Assembly: GCA_002347615.1 (NCBI GenBank)
Contig: DDYH01000041.1
Location: 26,300-90,299, forward strand
DNA from: Gallionellaceae bacterium UBA2239
Lineage (GTDB): Bacteria; Pseudomonadota; Gammaproteobacteria; Burkholderiales; UBA9220
DNA length: 64,000 nucleotides
Direction: 5' to 3'
The notes below the pieces were generated by a model. It was not told where the DNA came from and made no database searches. It saw only the letters and a program-made list of their open reading frames with translations. A program made the position numbers and the translations under genes. Shown here piece by piece: positions 35,972 to 46,522 of this stretch (the stretch's first letter is position 1; each line of letters opens with the position of its first letter).

Positions 35972-37198
35972 TTAGGCGGCTTGGTCGAGGTTGTAGGCTT
36001 GGTGCAGGACGCGCACCGCCAGTTCCAGGTATTTTTCTTCGATGACGACGGAAATCTTGATTTCCGAGGTGGAGATCATCTGGATGTTGATGCCTTCGGC
36101 GGCCAGGGTCTTGAACATGGTGCCCGCCACCCCGGCGTGGGAGCGCATGCCGACGCCCACCACGGAGACTTTGGCGATCTTGTCGTCGCCGCTGATTTCC
36201 TTGGCGCCCACTTGGGCCTGGATGCCCTTGAGGATATCCATGGCCTTGGCGAATTCGTTGCGGTGGACGGTGAAAGAGAAGTCGGTGGTGCCGTCGGAGC
36301 CGACGTTCTGGATGATCATGTCCACGTCGATGTTGGCCTCGCCCACGGGGCCGAGGAGCTGGTAGGCGATGCCGGGCTTGTCGGGCACGCCGCGCACGGT
36401 GATTTTGGCTTCATCGCGGTTGAAGGCGATGCCGGAGATGATCGGTTGTTCCATTTTCTGGTCGTCCTCGAAAGTGATGAGCGTGCCTTCCCCTTCTTCC
36501 TCGAAGCTGGACAGGACGCGGAGCTTGACTTTGTACTTGCCGGCGAATTCCACCGAGCGGATTTGCAGCACCTTGGAGCCGAGGCTGGCCATTTCCAGCA
36601 TTTCCTCGAAGGTGATGGTTTTGAGCTTGCGGGCTTCGGGCACGATGCGCGGGTCGGTGGTGTAGACGCCGTCCACATCGGTGTAGATCTGGCATTCGTC
36701 GGCCTTGAGGGCCGCGGCCAGGGCTACGCCGGTGGTGTCGGAGCCGCCGCGGCCGAGGGTGGTGATGTTGCCCCGCTCGTCCACGCCCTGGAAGCCGGCC
36801 ACCACCACGACGTTGCCGGCGTTGAGGTCTTCGCGGATATTGCCCTCGTCAATGGACAGGATGCGGGCTTTGGTGAAGGCGCTGTCGGTGACGATGCGGA
36901 CCTGGGAGCCGGTGTAGCTCTTGGCGCGCACGCCCAGGTCCATCAGGGCCATGGCCAGCAGGGCGATGGTGACTTGCTCGCCGGTGGAAATCAGCACGTC
37001 CATTTCCCGGGGAGAGGGGCTGGCCTGGATTTCCTTGGCCAGGGCGATGAGGCGATTGGTTTCGCCGCTCATGGCGGATAATACGACCACCACTTGGTGG
37101 CCTAAGGCCTTGAATTTCGCGACGCGGCGGGCTACCTGCCGGATGCGGTCGACGCTGCCCACCGAGGTGCCGCCGTATTTTTGAACGATGAGTGCCAT
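35972..37198 (-). CDS. lysC: aspartate kinase
   Basis: 408 aa; [30 protein letters not shown], and C-terminal ACT domains. Confidence 0.95.
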   Translation of the reverse strand: MALIVQKYGGTSVGSVDRIRQVARRVAKFKALGHQVVVVLSAMSGETNRLIALAKEIQASPSPREMDVLISTGEQVTIALLAMALMDLGVRAKSYTGSQVRIVTDSAFTKARILSIDEGNIREDLNAGNVVVVAGFQGVDERGNITTLGRGGSDTTGVALAAALKADECQIYTDVDGVYTTDPRIVPEARKLKTITFEEMLEMASLGSKVLQIRSVEFAGKYKVKLRVLSSFEEEGEGTLITFEDDQKMEQPIISGIAFNRDEAKITVRGVPDKPGIAYQLLGPVGEANIDVDMIIQNVGSDGTTDFSFTVHRNEFAKAMDILKGIQAQVGAKEISGDDKIAKVSVVGVGMRSHAGVAGTMFKTLAAEGINIQMISTSEIKISVVIEEKYLELAVRVLHQAYNLDQAA

Positions 37199-37303
37199 GA
37201 AAAAGAGTTTTTGTCCGTAAAAAGAACGGATTCTAGCCGAATTATCGGCGCAAGACGAGAGCCGCTCCCCCGGTTTACAGGGGAGGGGTAGGAACGGAAA
37301 AGC

Positions 37304-37555
37304 TTAGACGCGGACGGAGAAAACGTCGTGAAGGCTGGGGGTGCGGAGGCCGGCGACGGTGCTCAAGCGGCTGGGGATAGGTAGGTTCAGGCCGGCGCTG
37401 CGCAGGTGTTCGACCCGGGAGGAAAGTGCTTTTCTCGCCTGGACCCAGGCTTCCGCCGGGGTCTTGCCAGCGGCATCGCAGCCGGGGAAGTCGGGAAAGT
37501 CTACGCGGTAGTCGGCGTTGCCGGATTCATGGATCAATGCGATGTAGTGCGGCAT
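37304..37555 (-). CDS. HicB-like antitoxin-fold protein, no adjacent hicA
   Basis: Start at MPHYIALIHE. The FPDFPGC motif matches the HicB N-terminal domain. No toxin gene is next to it. Confidence 0.65.
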   Translation of the reverse strand: MPHYIALIHESGNADYRVDFPDFPGCDAAGKTPAEAWVQARKALSSRVEHLRSAGLNLPIPSRLSTVAGLRTPSLHDVFSVRV

Positions 37556-37627
37556 GGTGGTCCTCCTCGTGAGACGCAAGGATGGACCGTGCCTGTTACA
37601 TCGATATGACAATTTCAATCGAAAAAT

Positions 37628-38029
37628 CTAGCACTTGCACAGGGGTTCGTCGTCGGGGGATTCGATGCTGCGCGCCACGGCGGCGAAGAGTTCCTGCACT
37701 TCGTCCAGGCTGAAGCAGGACAGCAGGCGGTTGGCCATGTCCGGGTCCAGTTTTACCATGCAGGAGCGGCCACCGGGCAGGTCGAGGCGCACACCGGCCA
37801 AATGCTTTTTCAGTCCGCCCTCGGACTGGTCCACCAATTCGGACTGTTCTTCCATCAGTTGTTCGTAGCAGGCCTCCAGGGAATCCGTCACCTCTTCGGG
37901 CAGATCCTCGGGCACTGCCACCACGATGCCCAGGTCGTCATCCTGGAGGTGGTATTCCACGCCCAATTCCCGTGCGCGGTGGGTGAATTTGTCGCGGAGG
38001 TGGGGGTCGAAAAATATGTACTCATCCAT
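37628..38029 (-). CDS. acidic hypothetical protein (133 aa)
   Basis: Start at MDEYIFFDPH. Codon usage is coherent, but no family was recognised. Confidence 0.5.
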   Translation of the reverse strand: MDEYIFFDPHLRDKFTHRARELGVEYHLQDDDLGIVVAVPEDLPEEVTDSLEACYEQLMEEQSELVDQSEGGLKKHLAGVRLDLPGGRSCMVKLDPDMANRLLSCFSLDEVQELFAAVARSIESPDDEPLCKC

Positions 38030-38174
38030 GGTGCGGCAGTTCCTGATGCGGGGGGTCAACAAATTGGCCGCGAACAGCGACATTTGCGGCGCGATGGATA
38101 TAATAGCCGGAAACCGCCCTGCCCGTCTTCCCGGCAGGCGTCCCGAAGCTAGCTTTCCCTGGGGGGCTGCGAGG

Positions 38175-38726
38175 ATGAATCTGGCGAATGCGTTGACTCT
38201 GATGCGCGCCCTGTTGGCGCCGTTGTTGGCCTATCTGCTGCTGGAGGAGGCGTTCGCCCCGGCGGTGGGGGTGTTGTTGCTTGCCGGGGTCTCGGACGCC
38301 CTGGACGGGTATGTCGCCCGGCGCTTCAACCAGACCAGCCGCCTGGGGGCTTTCCTCGATCCCTTTGCCGACAAGCTACTGATTTTCGCCACCGTGCTTC
38401 CTCTCGCCTGCGTCGGCCGCCTCCCGGGGTGGCTGGTGCTGCTGATCCTCGCCCGGGACGCCGTGATCGTGGCCGGTTCCCTGGCCTACCGGATGCTCAC
38501 GGGGAAGCTGGAAATGGCGCCCACCCAACTGAGCAAGCTGAACACCTTCCTCCAGGTCGGCCTGGTGCTATGGGTGGTGGGGAATGCCGCCGGTTGGCTG
38601 GGCGGGGAGGACCTGTTGCCGGCGGCGTTTCTGGCGGTGGCAGCGGCAACGGCGGGGTCGGGCATCCAATACGTCTGGCTGTGGGCCGTGAAGGCGTTGC
38701 GGTGGCAGAGAGGGGTGGCGAGTTAG
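38175..38726 (+). CDS. pgsA: CDP-alcohol phosphatidyltransferase (phosphatidylglycerophosphate synthase-like)
   Basis: Start at MNLANALTL. The DALDGYVARRFNQTSRLGAFLDPFADKL motif matches D-x2-DG-x2-AR...G-x3-D-x3-D. 183 aa. Confidence 0.8.
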   Translation: MNLANALTLMRALLAPLLAYLLLEEAFAPAVGVLLLAGVSDALDGYVARRFNQTSRLGAFLDPFADKLLIFATVLPLACVGRLPGWLVLLILARDAVIVAGSLAYRMLTGKLEMAPTQLSKLNTFLQVGLVLWVVGNAAGWLGGEDLLPAAFLAVAAATAGSGIQYVWLWAVKALRWQRGVAS

Positions 38727-39073
38727 GCTTTTTCTTCCACGTTGGTCTTGATGTCTTCCTGGCGCCGATTGCGGTGGCGGCGGTCCCTGTCGGCACGGGT
38801 GTCCATCAAGGGGGAGGCGTCCTTGTCGATGCGGCGGCAGAGCTTTCGCCGGTCTTCGCCGGAGCGCTGATGCTCGCCGCCGGACTCTTCGGCGCTGGCC
38901 CCCCTGCTGTAGCGGTTTACTACCCGGGGCGGCTTGGCAGGTTCAGTCACCCTTCTTGCCGCCCGGATCGAGCCGAGTGCTTTTACCTCCGGCCCTTCCT
39001 CCGGGATGCTGATCGGTGGCGGTAAGCTGGGAACGGTACGCATGTTTGCGGTTCTCCGGTATGCGAACATCAT
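38723..39073 (-). CDS. Arg-rich hypothetical protein, doubtful
   Basis: 116 aa ORF with low-complexity RDRR-rich sequence. No family was recognised and it could be non-coding. Confidence 0.3.
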   Translation of the reverse strand: MMFAYRRTANMRTVPSLPPPISIPEEGPEVKALGSIRAARRVTEPAKPPRVVNRYSRGASAEESGGEHQRSGEDRRKLCRRIDKDASPLMDTRADRDRRHRNRRQEDIKTNVEEKA

Positions 39074-39198
39074 CTACTATATTTTAGTCGCTGCTGTCCA
39101 AAATAGGCGAAACCAGACGGAAGCCCTGTTGAACTGATGGGGGTTTCGGGCGGGTGATGGTGAGTTTTCAAGAAGGCGCCTCCGGGTGGTGTCCAAGA

Positions 39199-40116
39199 TC
39201 AAGGGAAGGCGGGATCGGCCTGAGGGTTGTCCTGAGGGTCGGGCGGAGTGGTAAAGGGCTTGTCGAGCCAGGCCATCAGGTCACGATGGGTGAAGAGATT
39301 CATGCGCAGGAGCGCGACGAGGTTGGCGAGGCTCCAGCCGAAAAGGGAGGACAGTTGCAGATAACGCAGCAACAGCATCGAGATCAATGCCGTCCATATC
39401 CCGGTCAGACGAATCGTCTGGTCCTTGAGGATGTTCCGGTTCTGCGGCACGGGGGTCCTCGACCACCTCGAACAATGTGTTGCCCTTCATGCGGGTGACG
39501 AAGTAGACGCCGGCCTGCGTCCATTTGGCGAGCAGCCGATAGTCGTTGTAGCCCCGGTCATCGGCGACGATGGTGTCGGGCGCGAAATGCATTTGATGGG
39601 CGGCCTTGACGTCGGCCACCTTGCCATCGGTGATGATGCCGAAGCACGGCAGGTAGCCGTCGTGGTCGCGCACCCGATGCGGCTTGACGGCCCCCTTGGT
39701 GGCGCGGAACTTTGCCCGGTCATACCTGGAAAGGCACAGATCGATGACCGTCGAATCGATACTGACCAGTTTGTTCTTGAAGCGGAACTTCTTCTTGCCC
39801 ACCGCCTTGGCGGCAACGGTTTCGAACAGGCCGTAGAACACCTTCTCGAACAATTCCCACGGACGATGGCCGTTGGCGTAGGACAGGGACGAGCGCGCCG
39901 GGGCTTCGATGCCCAAGTGGGCCAGCTTGCCTTCGCAGCTCTTCAGTCCGCCTTCAATTTCCCGCAGGGAGTGGGCCCGGCCCAACACTGGCAGAACAGC
40001 ATGGCAACGAACTGACTCCAACTCGACAAGCCTTTGCTGCGGTACTCCGCTCCCGTTTCCTTGACGATTCGTTCGAAGTCGGTGCGCGGAATCAGCTTGA
40101 GTATTTGGCTGAACAT
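39199..40116 (-). pseudogene. IS4-family transposase gene (DUF4372 N-terminus plus DDE domain), frameshifted
   Basis: From the ATG at 40116 the sequence reads MFSQILKLIPRTDFERIVKETGAEYRSKGLSSWSQFVAMLFCQ, then GRAHSLREIEGGLKSCEGKLAHLGI...DDRGYNDYRLLAKW, then a C-terminal GWSLANLVALLRMNLFTHRDLMAWL. These are in three frames. Confidence 0.75.
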
Positions 40117-40251
40117 GCGGCATGATGCTTTCGCGTTGGGTCTCCTTCGGTCGGGTGCAGGTGGGTTTGACGATTCACCCACACCCTACACCGTCGGACG
40201 ATCCAACGTCATATCTGTTTTGGACAACACTGGGTGGCGAGATAGGAGCGG

Positions 40252-41523
40252 ATGGTGCAGAAGGACTGGAGACCTGCGATGGCGCGAAAGCCGATGAATA
40301 TCGACCTCATGCGCAAGGTGGACTACTTTGCGGGCATCCCCTTATGTTTCCTGGCGACCTGGTTTACGCGCCTGGCTGATTTGCTGGGCGGGGCCAAGCC
40401 GCAACCGCCTGAAAAGGTTCTGTTCATCGAATTGTCCGAGATGGGCAGCGCGATCCTGGCCGATCCGGCGATGCGTAAGCTCCAGGCGGCGACCGGCGCG
40501 ACGCTGTATTTCCTGATTTTCAAGTCGAACGCGGCGAGCTTGCGCCTGCTCGGCACGGTGCCGCAAGCGCGGGTGTTCACAATCCGCGCGGACAGTTTCC
40601 TCAACCTGACGCTGGACAGCCTGCGCTTTCTGTTCTGGGCGCGGCGCGAGGGCATCGACACGGTGATCGACCTGGAGCTGTTTTCGCGTTACAGCGCCTT
40701 ATTGACCGGCCTCTCCGGCGCCGCCCGGCGCATTGGTTTCCATGCCTTCCACAACGAGGGGCTGTACCGGGGCGCGATGCTGACGCGCCGCGTGGCCTAC
40801 AACCCGCATGTGCACATCGCGAAGAATTTCGTCGCGCTGGTGAATGCGACGCTGGCGGAAAAACCCGAGTTGCCGTTTTCCAAGACGCGGATCGACGACA
40901 GCGAAATTCAACTGGCCCGCGCGCCGGTCGATACGGAGGCCATCGCCGCCATGCGCGGTCGCGTCCGCGAGGCTTATCCGGCGTATGACGCGGCGCGGCA
41001 CCGGATCGTGCTGATCAACCCCAACGCCAGCGATCTGCTGCCGCAACGGCGCTGGATGCCGGAGCGCTTCGCGGCGGTCATGCGCAGTCTGCTCGCCGAG
41101 CATCCGGAGGTGCTGATCCTGATTACCGGCGCCCCTGGAGAACGCGCCGCGGCGGCGGCGCTGCAAAAGCAGGCGGCTGATGCGCGCTGCGTCAATTTCG
41201 CCGGCTGCCACGGGCTGGATGAATTGCCGGCGCTGTATCAAATCGCCGAGCTGATGCTGACCAACGATTCCGGGCCGGGGCATTTTTCGGCGGTGACCGG
41301 TTTGCGCACTTTCGTGCTGTTCGGCCCGGAAACGCCGGCCTTGTATGGCTCGCTGGGCAACAGCACGCCGATTTACGCGGGTCTGGCCTGTTCGCCCTGC
41401 GTCAGCGCGACCAACCACCGCAAGACGCCTTGCCGCGACAACGTCTGCCTGCAAGCGATCAGCGTGGAGACGGTGCTGGCGCAATTGCGCCCGGCGCTGG
41501 CGGATGGCGGGGCGAAACCATGA
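40252..41523 (+). CDS. glycosyltransferase family 9 (heptosyltransferase-like)
   Basis: 423 aa; the C-terminal LMLTNDSGPGHFSAVTGLRTFVLFGPETP motif is typical of GT9. The start may be downstream (MARKP or MNIDL). Confidence 0.8.
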   Translation: MVQKDWRPAMARKPMNIDLMRKVDYFAGIPLCFLATWFTRLADLLGGAKPQPPEKVLFIELSEMGSAILADPAMRKLQAATGATLYFLIFKSNAASLRLLGTVPQARVFTIRADSFLNLTLDSLRFLFWARREGIDTVIDLELFSRYSALLTGLSGAARRIGFHAFHNEGLYRGAMLTRRVAYNPHVHIAKNFVALVNATLAEKPELPFSKTRIDDSEIQLARAPVDTEAIAAMRGRVREAYPAYDAARHRIVLINPNASDLLPQRRWMPERFAAVMRSLLAEHPEVLILITGAPGERAAAAALQKQAADARCVNFAGCHGLDELPALYQIAELMLTNDSGPGHFSAVTGLRTFVLFGPETPALYGSLGNSTPIYAGLACSPCVSATNHRKTPCRDNVCLQAISVETVLAQLRPALADGGAKP

Positions 41524-43502
41524 GTCCGTCCCTGCCTGGCCGCTGGCCATTGTTGCTCATCGGCCTGGCCGCCGTCGCGGCCGATGGCGCGGCGTTCCGC
41601 TTATTCCACGCGGATGCGAATTCGTTGGGCCTGGCGCACATCGCGGGATTTTTCGCCGCGCTCGCCGCGGCCCTGGCGTTGCTTGCGGCGTTCGACCCGC
41701 GCTTGCGCGCATTGTCTTTCAGGCAGTGGGGCATGCTCGGTGTGCTGGCCTTGCTGATCCTGTTCTTGCGCGGCGGCCTGTTGGGTTCGCTGACGCAAAT
41801 GGTCGGCGCGGGCGATAGGGCGGCGGCGGTGACGGCGCTGTTTTCGGCGCTGGCGATGTATGCCGGCTATCGCTGGCTGGCCGATGCGCGGGGCATGGGA
41901 AGCAAAACCGACGCCGCGCGCCGGGACATGCTCTGCCTCGCCGCCGTTGGCTATGCGGTGGTGTTGCGCCTCTTTTATCTGGGCGTGCCGGAACTGCTGT
42001 TCGAGGAAGCCTATTACTGGAATTACGCGCAGCATCCGGACATCGGCTATCTGGACCATCCGCTGGCGGTGGCCTGGCTGATCCGGCCGTTCATCGGCCT
42101 GCTGGGCGACACCGAATTCGCCGTGCGCGCCGCGGCGTTTTTGTGCTGGCTGGTCACGGCCGGTTTCATGTACCGGCTGACCCGTGAGCTATTTGACCGG
42201 TCCACTGCTTATCGCGCACTGCTGCTGGCCGCTGTCTTGCCGGCGTATTTCTTTTTCGGTTTTTTCATGAGCCCCGACGCGCCGGTGACGGCCTGCTGGG
42301 CGGCGGCGATTTATTTCATGCACCAGGCCGCCATCAAGGGGAAGCCGCGCGCCTGGCTGGGCGTGGGCATCGCGCTGGGCCTGGGCATGAGTTCGAAATA
42401 CACGATCGCCCTGGTCGGCGCCGCTTTCGTTCTGTTCGTGCTGTTCGACCGGCCCGCGCGCCAATGGCTGTCGCGGCCGCAACCCTATGTGGCCCTGCTG
42501 GTTGCGCTGGTGCTGATGTCGCCGGTGGTGATCTGGAACTGGCAGCATGACTGGATATCTTTCGCCTTTCAGAGCCAGGACCGGCTGGCGAGCAAGTTTT
42601 CCTTTTCGCTGCCGCGCCTGATTGGCAATATCCTGATATTCCTGACGCCGACGGGATTGTTGTCGGTTATTGCGCTGCTGGTTTACCGCAAGCAGATTGA
42701 TTTTTCAGCAAGCGCGGCCGGCATGCCGGATGCGCGGCGGCGCAGCCGGCTGTTTTTGATCTGGCTGGCGCTTTTTCCGCTGGCGGTGTTCGCGGCGGCC
42801 AGCCTGACCCGAGCCAGCAAGCTGAACTGGACGGGGCCGCTCTGGCTGGCGCTGATACCGCTGCTGGCTTGTCTGATCAGCCCCGCCGCGGCATCGAACC
42901 TGCCGAAGCTGGCGGACTGGAGCCGCCGTGCCTGGCCAGCAACCCTCGTCATTTGCCTGCTGCTTTACGGCGCATCCCTGCACTGGTTGAGTCTGGGCCT
43001 GCCGGGTACCGGCTACCCGAAGAATCTGCACCTGATCGGCTGGCGTGATTTCGGCCGTGAGGTCGAATTGCTGGTGCAACAAGCCCGCCGCGAGACGGGA
43101 CAGGATGTGCTGGTCGTCGGCATGGACAGAAACCGGATCGCCAGCGGGCTGGCTTTCTACCGGACACAGTATCTGGATGCCGCAGGCGGTGATGGCGGCC
43201 ATCCCCCGGCGTTCGAAACGGCCAGCGAGCACTTGTTCGGCGGCGTTGGCCTGATGTACCGCTTGTGGTTTCCGATCGACCGGCAAACCGGCAAGACCCT
43301 GCTGCTGGTCGCCGATAATGCGGCCAGCTTGAGCAGCGAGCGGGTGCTGTCGCGGGTGCAAAGGGCGGGCGACATCAAGGCGATTGACGTGCACAAACAG
43401 GGCAAGCCGGCCGGCCGCTATTACGTGCGCCTGGTCACCGGCTACCGCGACCTTGCCGCGGCCGGGGGCCGGCCCAGGGCCGACGGCGAAACGGATGATT
43501 GA
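41520..43502 (+). CDS. GtrA-like N-terminal domain fused to an ArnT/PMT-type (GT39/GT83) glycosyltransferase
   Basis: Start at MSPSLPGRW (ATGA overlap with the upstream gene). About four N-terminal TM helices precede EEAYYWNYAQHPDIGYLDHPL and multiple further TM helices. Confidence 0.78.
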   Translation: MSPSLPGRWPLLLIGLAAVAADGAAFRLFHADANSLGLAHIAGFFAALAAALALLAAFDPRLRALSFRQWGMLGVLALLILFLRGGLLGSLTQMVGAGDRAAAVTALFSALAMYAGYRWLADARGMGSKTDAARRDMLCLAAVGYAVVLRLFYLGVPELLFEEAYYWNYAQHPDIGYLDHPLAVAWLIRPFIGLLGDTEFAVRAAAFLCWLVTAGFMYRLTRELFDRSTAYRALLLAAVLPAYFFFGFFMSPDAPVTACWAAAIYFMHQAAIKGKPRAWLGVGIALGLGMSSKYTIALVGAAFVLFVLFDRPARQWLSRPQPYVALLVALVLMSPVVIWNWQHDWISFAFQSQDRLASKFSFSLPRLIGNILIFLTPTGLLSVIALLVYRKQIDFSASAAGMPDARRRSRLFLIWLALFPLAVFAAASLTRASKLNWTGPLWLALIPLLACLISPAAASNLPKLADWSRRAWPATLVICLLLYGASLHWLSLGLPGTGYPKNLHLIGWRDFGREVELLVQQARRETGQDVLVVGMDRNRIASGLAFYRTQYLDAAGGDGGHPPAFETASEHLFGGVGLMYRLWFPIDRQTGKTLLLVADNAASLSSERVLSRVQRAGDIKAIDVHKQGKPAGRYYVRLVTGYRDLAAAGGRPRADGETDD

Positions 43503-44473
43503 ATAAAATGCCGCACCATCCGCCGCCCTCTTCCGCCGCGCGGGCGGGCAAATTCCTGCTGCGCCTGCTGGTGACGGCGGCGATCCTGTTCGCCATCCTG
43601 CGTTCCATCGACGCGCCGCGCATCTGGCAAACGCTCGCGCAGGCCCGGCCGCATCTGTTGTTCGCCGCCCTGTCCTTGCAACTGGCCAGCACCCTCGTCG
43701 CGGCCTATCGCTGGCAACTGGTGATGCACAACCTCGGCTTTGGCCAGACCTTTGCGTTTTACTGGCGCAGTTATTTCAAGGGGCAGTTTTTCAACCAGGG
43801 CTTGCCCACCAGCATCGGCGGCGACGCGCTGCGCGTGCTCGACGTGGCCGCCTGCGGCTTTCGCAAGCGCGACGCCCTGTATGCCATCATGATCGACCGG
43901 GTGACCGGGCTGGGCGCCTTGCTGCTGCTGGCCCTGTTCGCTTGCGCCGCCAATCCGGCGCTGCTGCCAAAGAAGCTCTATCAGCTCGTTTTCCTGCTCA
44001 TGGTCGCGGGCCTCTTGGGATTGATGGCCGGGTACGCAGCCGGGAAACATGCCTGGTTCAAGCCTTATCCACGCCTGGCGATCGTGCAATTGCTCGCAAA
44101 CCGCCTGCATCAGGCGCTGTCCGCGCATCGCCTGCAACTGCTGCTGTCGTCCCTGCTGGTGCCGGTGCTGGCGCTGCTGGGGTTTTTTGCCACCGGACGG
44201 GCATTGGGCCTGCCCTATGGCGCGATGACGTATTTCGCCATCGTGCCGCTGGCGCTGGTGTTGAGCATCGTGCCGGTATCGATTGCCGGCTGGGGCGTGC
44301 GCGAGGGCGCGATGGTCGGCCTGTTTTCATTGATCGGCGCCGACAGGACGGTGGTGTTGATGATGTCGCTGTTGTACGGCATCATGCTCATCATCGTCAG
44401 CCTGCCGGGGCTGGCGGTTTTTCTGCGAGGCCGGCGCCGTAAAAGTCATAAAAATCGAGCGGGTATCCCATGA
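43499..44473 (+). CDS. UPF0104 / lysylphosphatidylglycerol-synthase-TM-region family flippase-like membrane protein
   Basis: 324 aa polytopic protein with YFKGQFFNQGLPTSIGGDALRV and VSIAGWGVREG motifs. Confidence 0.7.
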   Translation: MNKMPHHPPPSSAARAGKFLLRLLVTAAILFAILRSIDAPRIWQTLAQARPHLLFAALSLQLASTLVAAYRWQLVMHNLGFGQTFAFYWRSYFKGQFFNQGLPTSIGGDALRVLDVAACGFRKRDALYAIMIDRVTGLGALLLLALFACAANPALLPKKLYQLVFLLMVAGLLGLMAGYAAGKHAWFKPYPRLAIVQLLANRLHQALSAHRLQLLLSSLLVPVLALLGFFATGRALGLPYGAMTYFAIVPLALVLSIVPVSIAGWGVREGAMVGLFSLIGADRTVVLMMSLLYGIMLIIVSLPGLAVFLRGRRRKSHKNRAGIP

Positions 44474-45282
44474 CGCAAAAACGACCGTCGGCCGAGCTGC
44501 CGCAAGCCCGCTGGCGCTGGCCCGGCTTGATGGCATGCCATGTCCTGACCTTGCTGATTCTTCTCGCCTGGCTGTGGGCGCCCAGCCGGCAGTGGCTGGA
44601 TGCGCTGGACGCGCAGGTATTCCATCTGCTCAACGCGCCGCTGGCCACCAGCACGTTGTGGGCGCAGATATGGGCGGCGGGCAGCACGCGGCTGGCCGAT
44701 CTTGCCGCAGGCTGCATCATGCTGGGCTTCATCATCAAGGGCGGCTGGATATTTACTGGCGCCCAGGTGCGGCGTGCGCTGTATGCCTTTCTGCCGGTTT
44801 TGGCGCTGTTGCTGCTGATACGCGTCGGGCCCTTTGCCGAACTGGTCAAGCTCATGCACTGGCAGCATAGCGGCCCTTCACTGGTGGTGGCAGGCGCTGT
44901 CCGCCTGGGAGAACTCTTCCCCGCCTGGGATGCGGTTTGGCATATCAAGGACAGCTCGGTGCGCAGCTTTCCCGGCGATCATGCCTCGGTGCTGCTGCTC
45001 TGGGTCCTGTTCCTCTGGCCTTACGCCACGGGCCGGCAACGCCTGCTGATTGGCGGCTTAAGCGTGCTGTTCCTGCTGCCCCGGCTGGTCTCCGGCGCAC
45101 ACTGGAGTTCAGATATTCTGATCGGCGGCACCGCCGTCGCCCTGCTGGCTTTTGGCTGGGGATTCTGCACGCCGTTTGCCGCAAAAACCGCCGACCTGCT
45201 GGAGCGACTGAGCGCTCCCGTGTTGAAGCATCTCGGGCGACTGCCCGGCTTGCGGCGGATCAGCCTGATTTCAGGACATTAG
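44470..45282 (+). CDS. PAP2-family phosphatase (membrane)
   Basis: 270 aa; SFPGDH and SGAHWSSD acid-phosphatase motifs. Confidence 0.75.
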   Translation: MTQKRPSAELPQARWRWPGLMACHVLTLLILLAWLWAPSRQWLDALDAQVFHLLNAPLATSTLWAQIWAAGSTRLADLAAGCIMLGFIIKGGWIFTGAQVRRALYAFLPVLALLLLIRVGPFAELVKLMHWQHSGPSLVVAGAVRLGELFPAWDAVWHIKDSSVRSFPGDHASVLLLWVLFLWPYATGRQRLLIGGLSVLFLLPRLVSGAHWSSDILIGGTAVALLAFGWGFCTPFAAKTADLLERLSAPVLKHLGRLPGLRRISLISGH

Positions 45283-45413
45283 CTGCCTCCCCGCCTTGAA
45301 AAAGGCCGGGATTGCCCCGGTGGGTGAGGGCGAGGAAGACCCGACCCGTCGGCATTCTGCGGTGGCGACGAGCATGGCTGCACCGATTATCCATTTCACT
45401 CTCAGGAGGTACG

Positions 45414-46019
45414 ATGAAACTCTATTACAGCCCCGGCGCATGTTCTTTGTCTCCACATATCGTTCTCAATGAGGGTGGATTTACCTACGACACGGAGCGG
45501 GTCGATCTCGCCAGCGGCAAAACCGAAACCGGCGCCGATTACCGCGCGGTCAACCCGAATGGCTATGTACCCGCCTTGCTGCTCGACGATGGGCTAGTGC
45601 TGACCGAAGGCCCGGCCATCGTCCAGTATCTGGCCGACCGCGTGTCGAGCAAGCGGCTTGCCCCGCCCGCCGGCACGATGGAACGCTACCGCCTGATGGA
45701 ATGGCTCAATTTTATCTCCACGGAATTGCACAAGGCTTTCGGGGCGCTGTTCGACCCGCACACGCCAGATTCCTGGAAAGACATCGTGAAGGCCCGATTG
45801 GCGCAACGCTGCGATTACGTGAGCCTACGGCTCGACGGCAAGACCTGGCTGATGGGCGAAGATTTCACCGTCGCTGATGCCTATCTCTTCACCGTGCTGG
45901 GATGGGGCAAACACGTTGGCATCGAACTGACCCCATGGCCGACGCTGACCGCCTACCTCGGCCGCGTTGCCTCGCGTCCGGCGGTACAGGCCACACTCAA
46001 GGCCGAAGGGTTGATTTAG
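45414..46019 (+). CDS. glutathione S-transferase (beta class, GstA-like)
   Basis: Start at MKLYYSPGACSLSPHIVL. NPNGYVPAL and the C-terminal alpha domain are present. Confidence 0.9.
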   Translation: MKLYYSPGACSLSPHIVLNEGGFTYDTERVDLASGKTETGADYRAVNPNGYVPALLLDDGLVLTEGPAIVQYLADRVSSKRLAPPAGTMERYRLMEWLNFISTELHKAFGALFDPHTPDSWKDIVKARLAQRCDYVSLRLDGKTWLMGEDFTVADAYLFTVLGWGKHVGIELTPWPTLTAYLGRVASRPAVQATLKAEGLI

Positions 46020-46025
46020 AAAACC

Positions 46026-46190
46026 ATGTCTGGGCGCATGCCGGCATTGTTCGTCGGCCACGGCAATCTGATGCTCGCCATCGAGGACAACACCTCACTG
46101 GTATTATTAGGAAAAATGGGAATCCCCTTTCATGGCTGCCTTGACAGAGCGGAAAGGGAAAGCAAAAATACGTGTAAACCCATACATTGA
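46026..46190 (+). pseudogene. N-terminal stub of a YgiD-type 4,5-DOPA-dioxygenase-extradiol gene
   Basis: MSGRMPALFVGHGNLMLAIEDN matches the conserved N-terminus (RMPALFLGHGSPMN..EDN). Similarity ends near 46095 and the frame runs into unrelated sequence. Confidence 0.55.
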
Positions 46191-46204
46191 GGCAGGCCAG
46201 GACA

Positions 46205-46507
46205 ATGAAGTTATTCGAGAAGTTGCTTAATCCCCGGGAAATCCGTAAGAAGCTCGGCCTGAACCAGCAGGAATTCTGGACCAAGATCGGCGTGACCCAA
46301 AGCGGGGGCTCCCGCTACGAAAGCGGCCGCAACATGCCCAAGCCGGTGAAGGAATTGCTGCGCCTGGTCTACGTGGAGGACGTGGACCTCAGCCGGGTGA
46401 AGAAAGAGGATTTCGACGTGATCGACTACCTCAAGACCATCCAGCCTGACCTGTACAAGCAGTTGCGGAAGGAGGCCAAGTCCGGCAAAAAGGGCGATGG
46501 CCAGTAA
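46205..46507 (+). CDS. small XRE-type helix-turn-helix protein
   Basis: Start at MKLFEKLL. IRKKLGLNQQEFWTKIGVTQSGGSRYESG is an HTH_3-like motif. Confidence 0.6.
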   Translation: MKLFEKLLNPREIRKKLGLNQQEFWTKIGVTQSGGSRYESGRNMPKPVKELLRLVYVEDVDLSRVKKEDFDVIDYLKTIQPDLYKQLRKEAKSGKKGDGQ

Positions 46508-46522
46508 GCGGTACGCCTGCGT

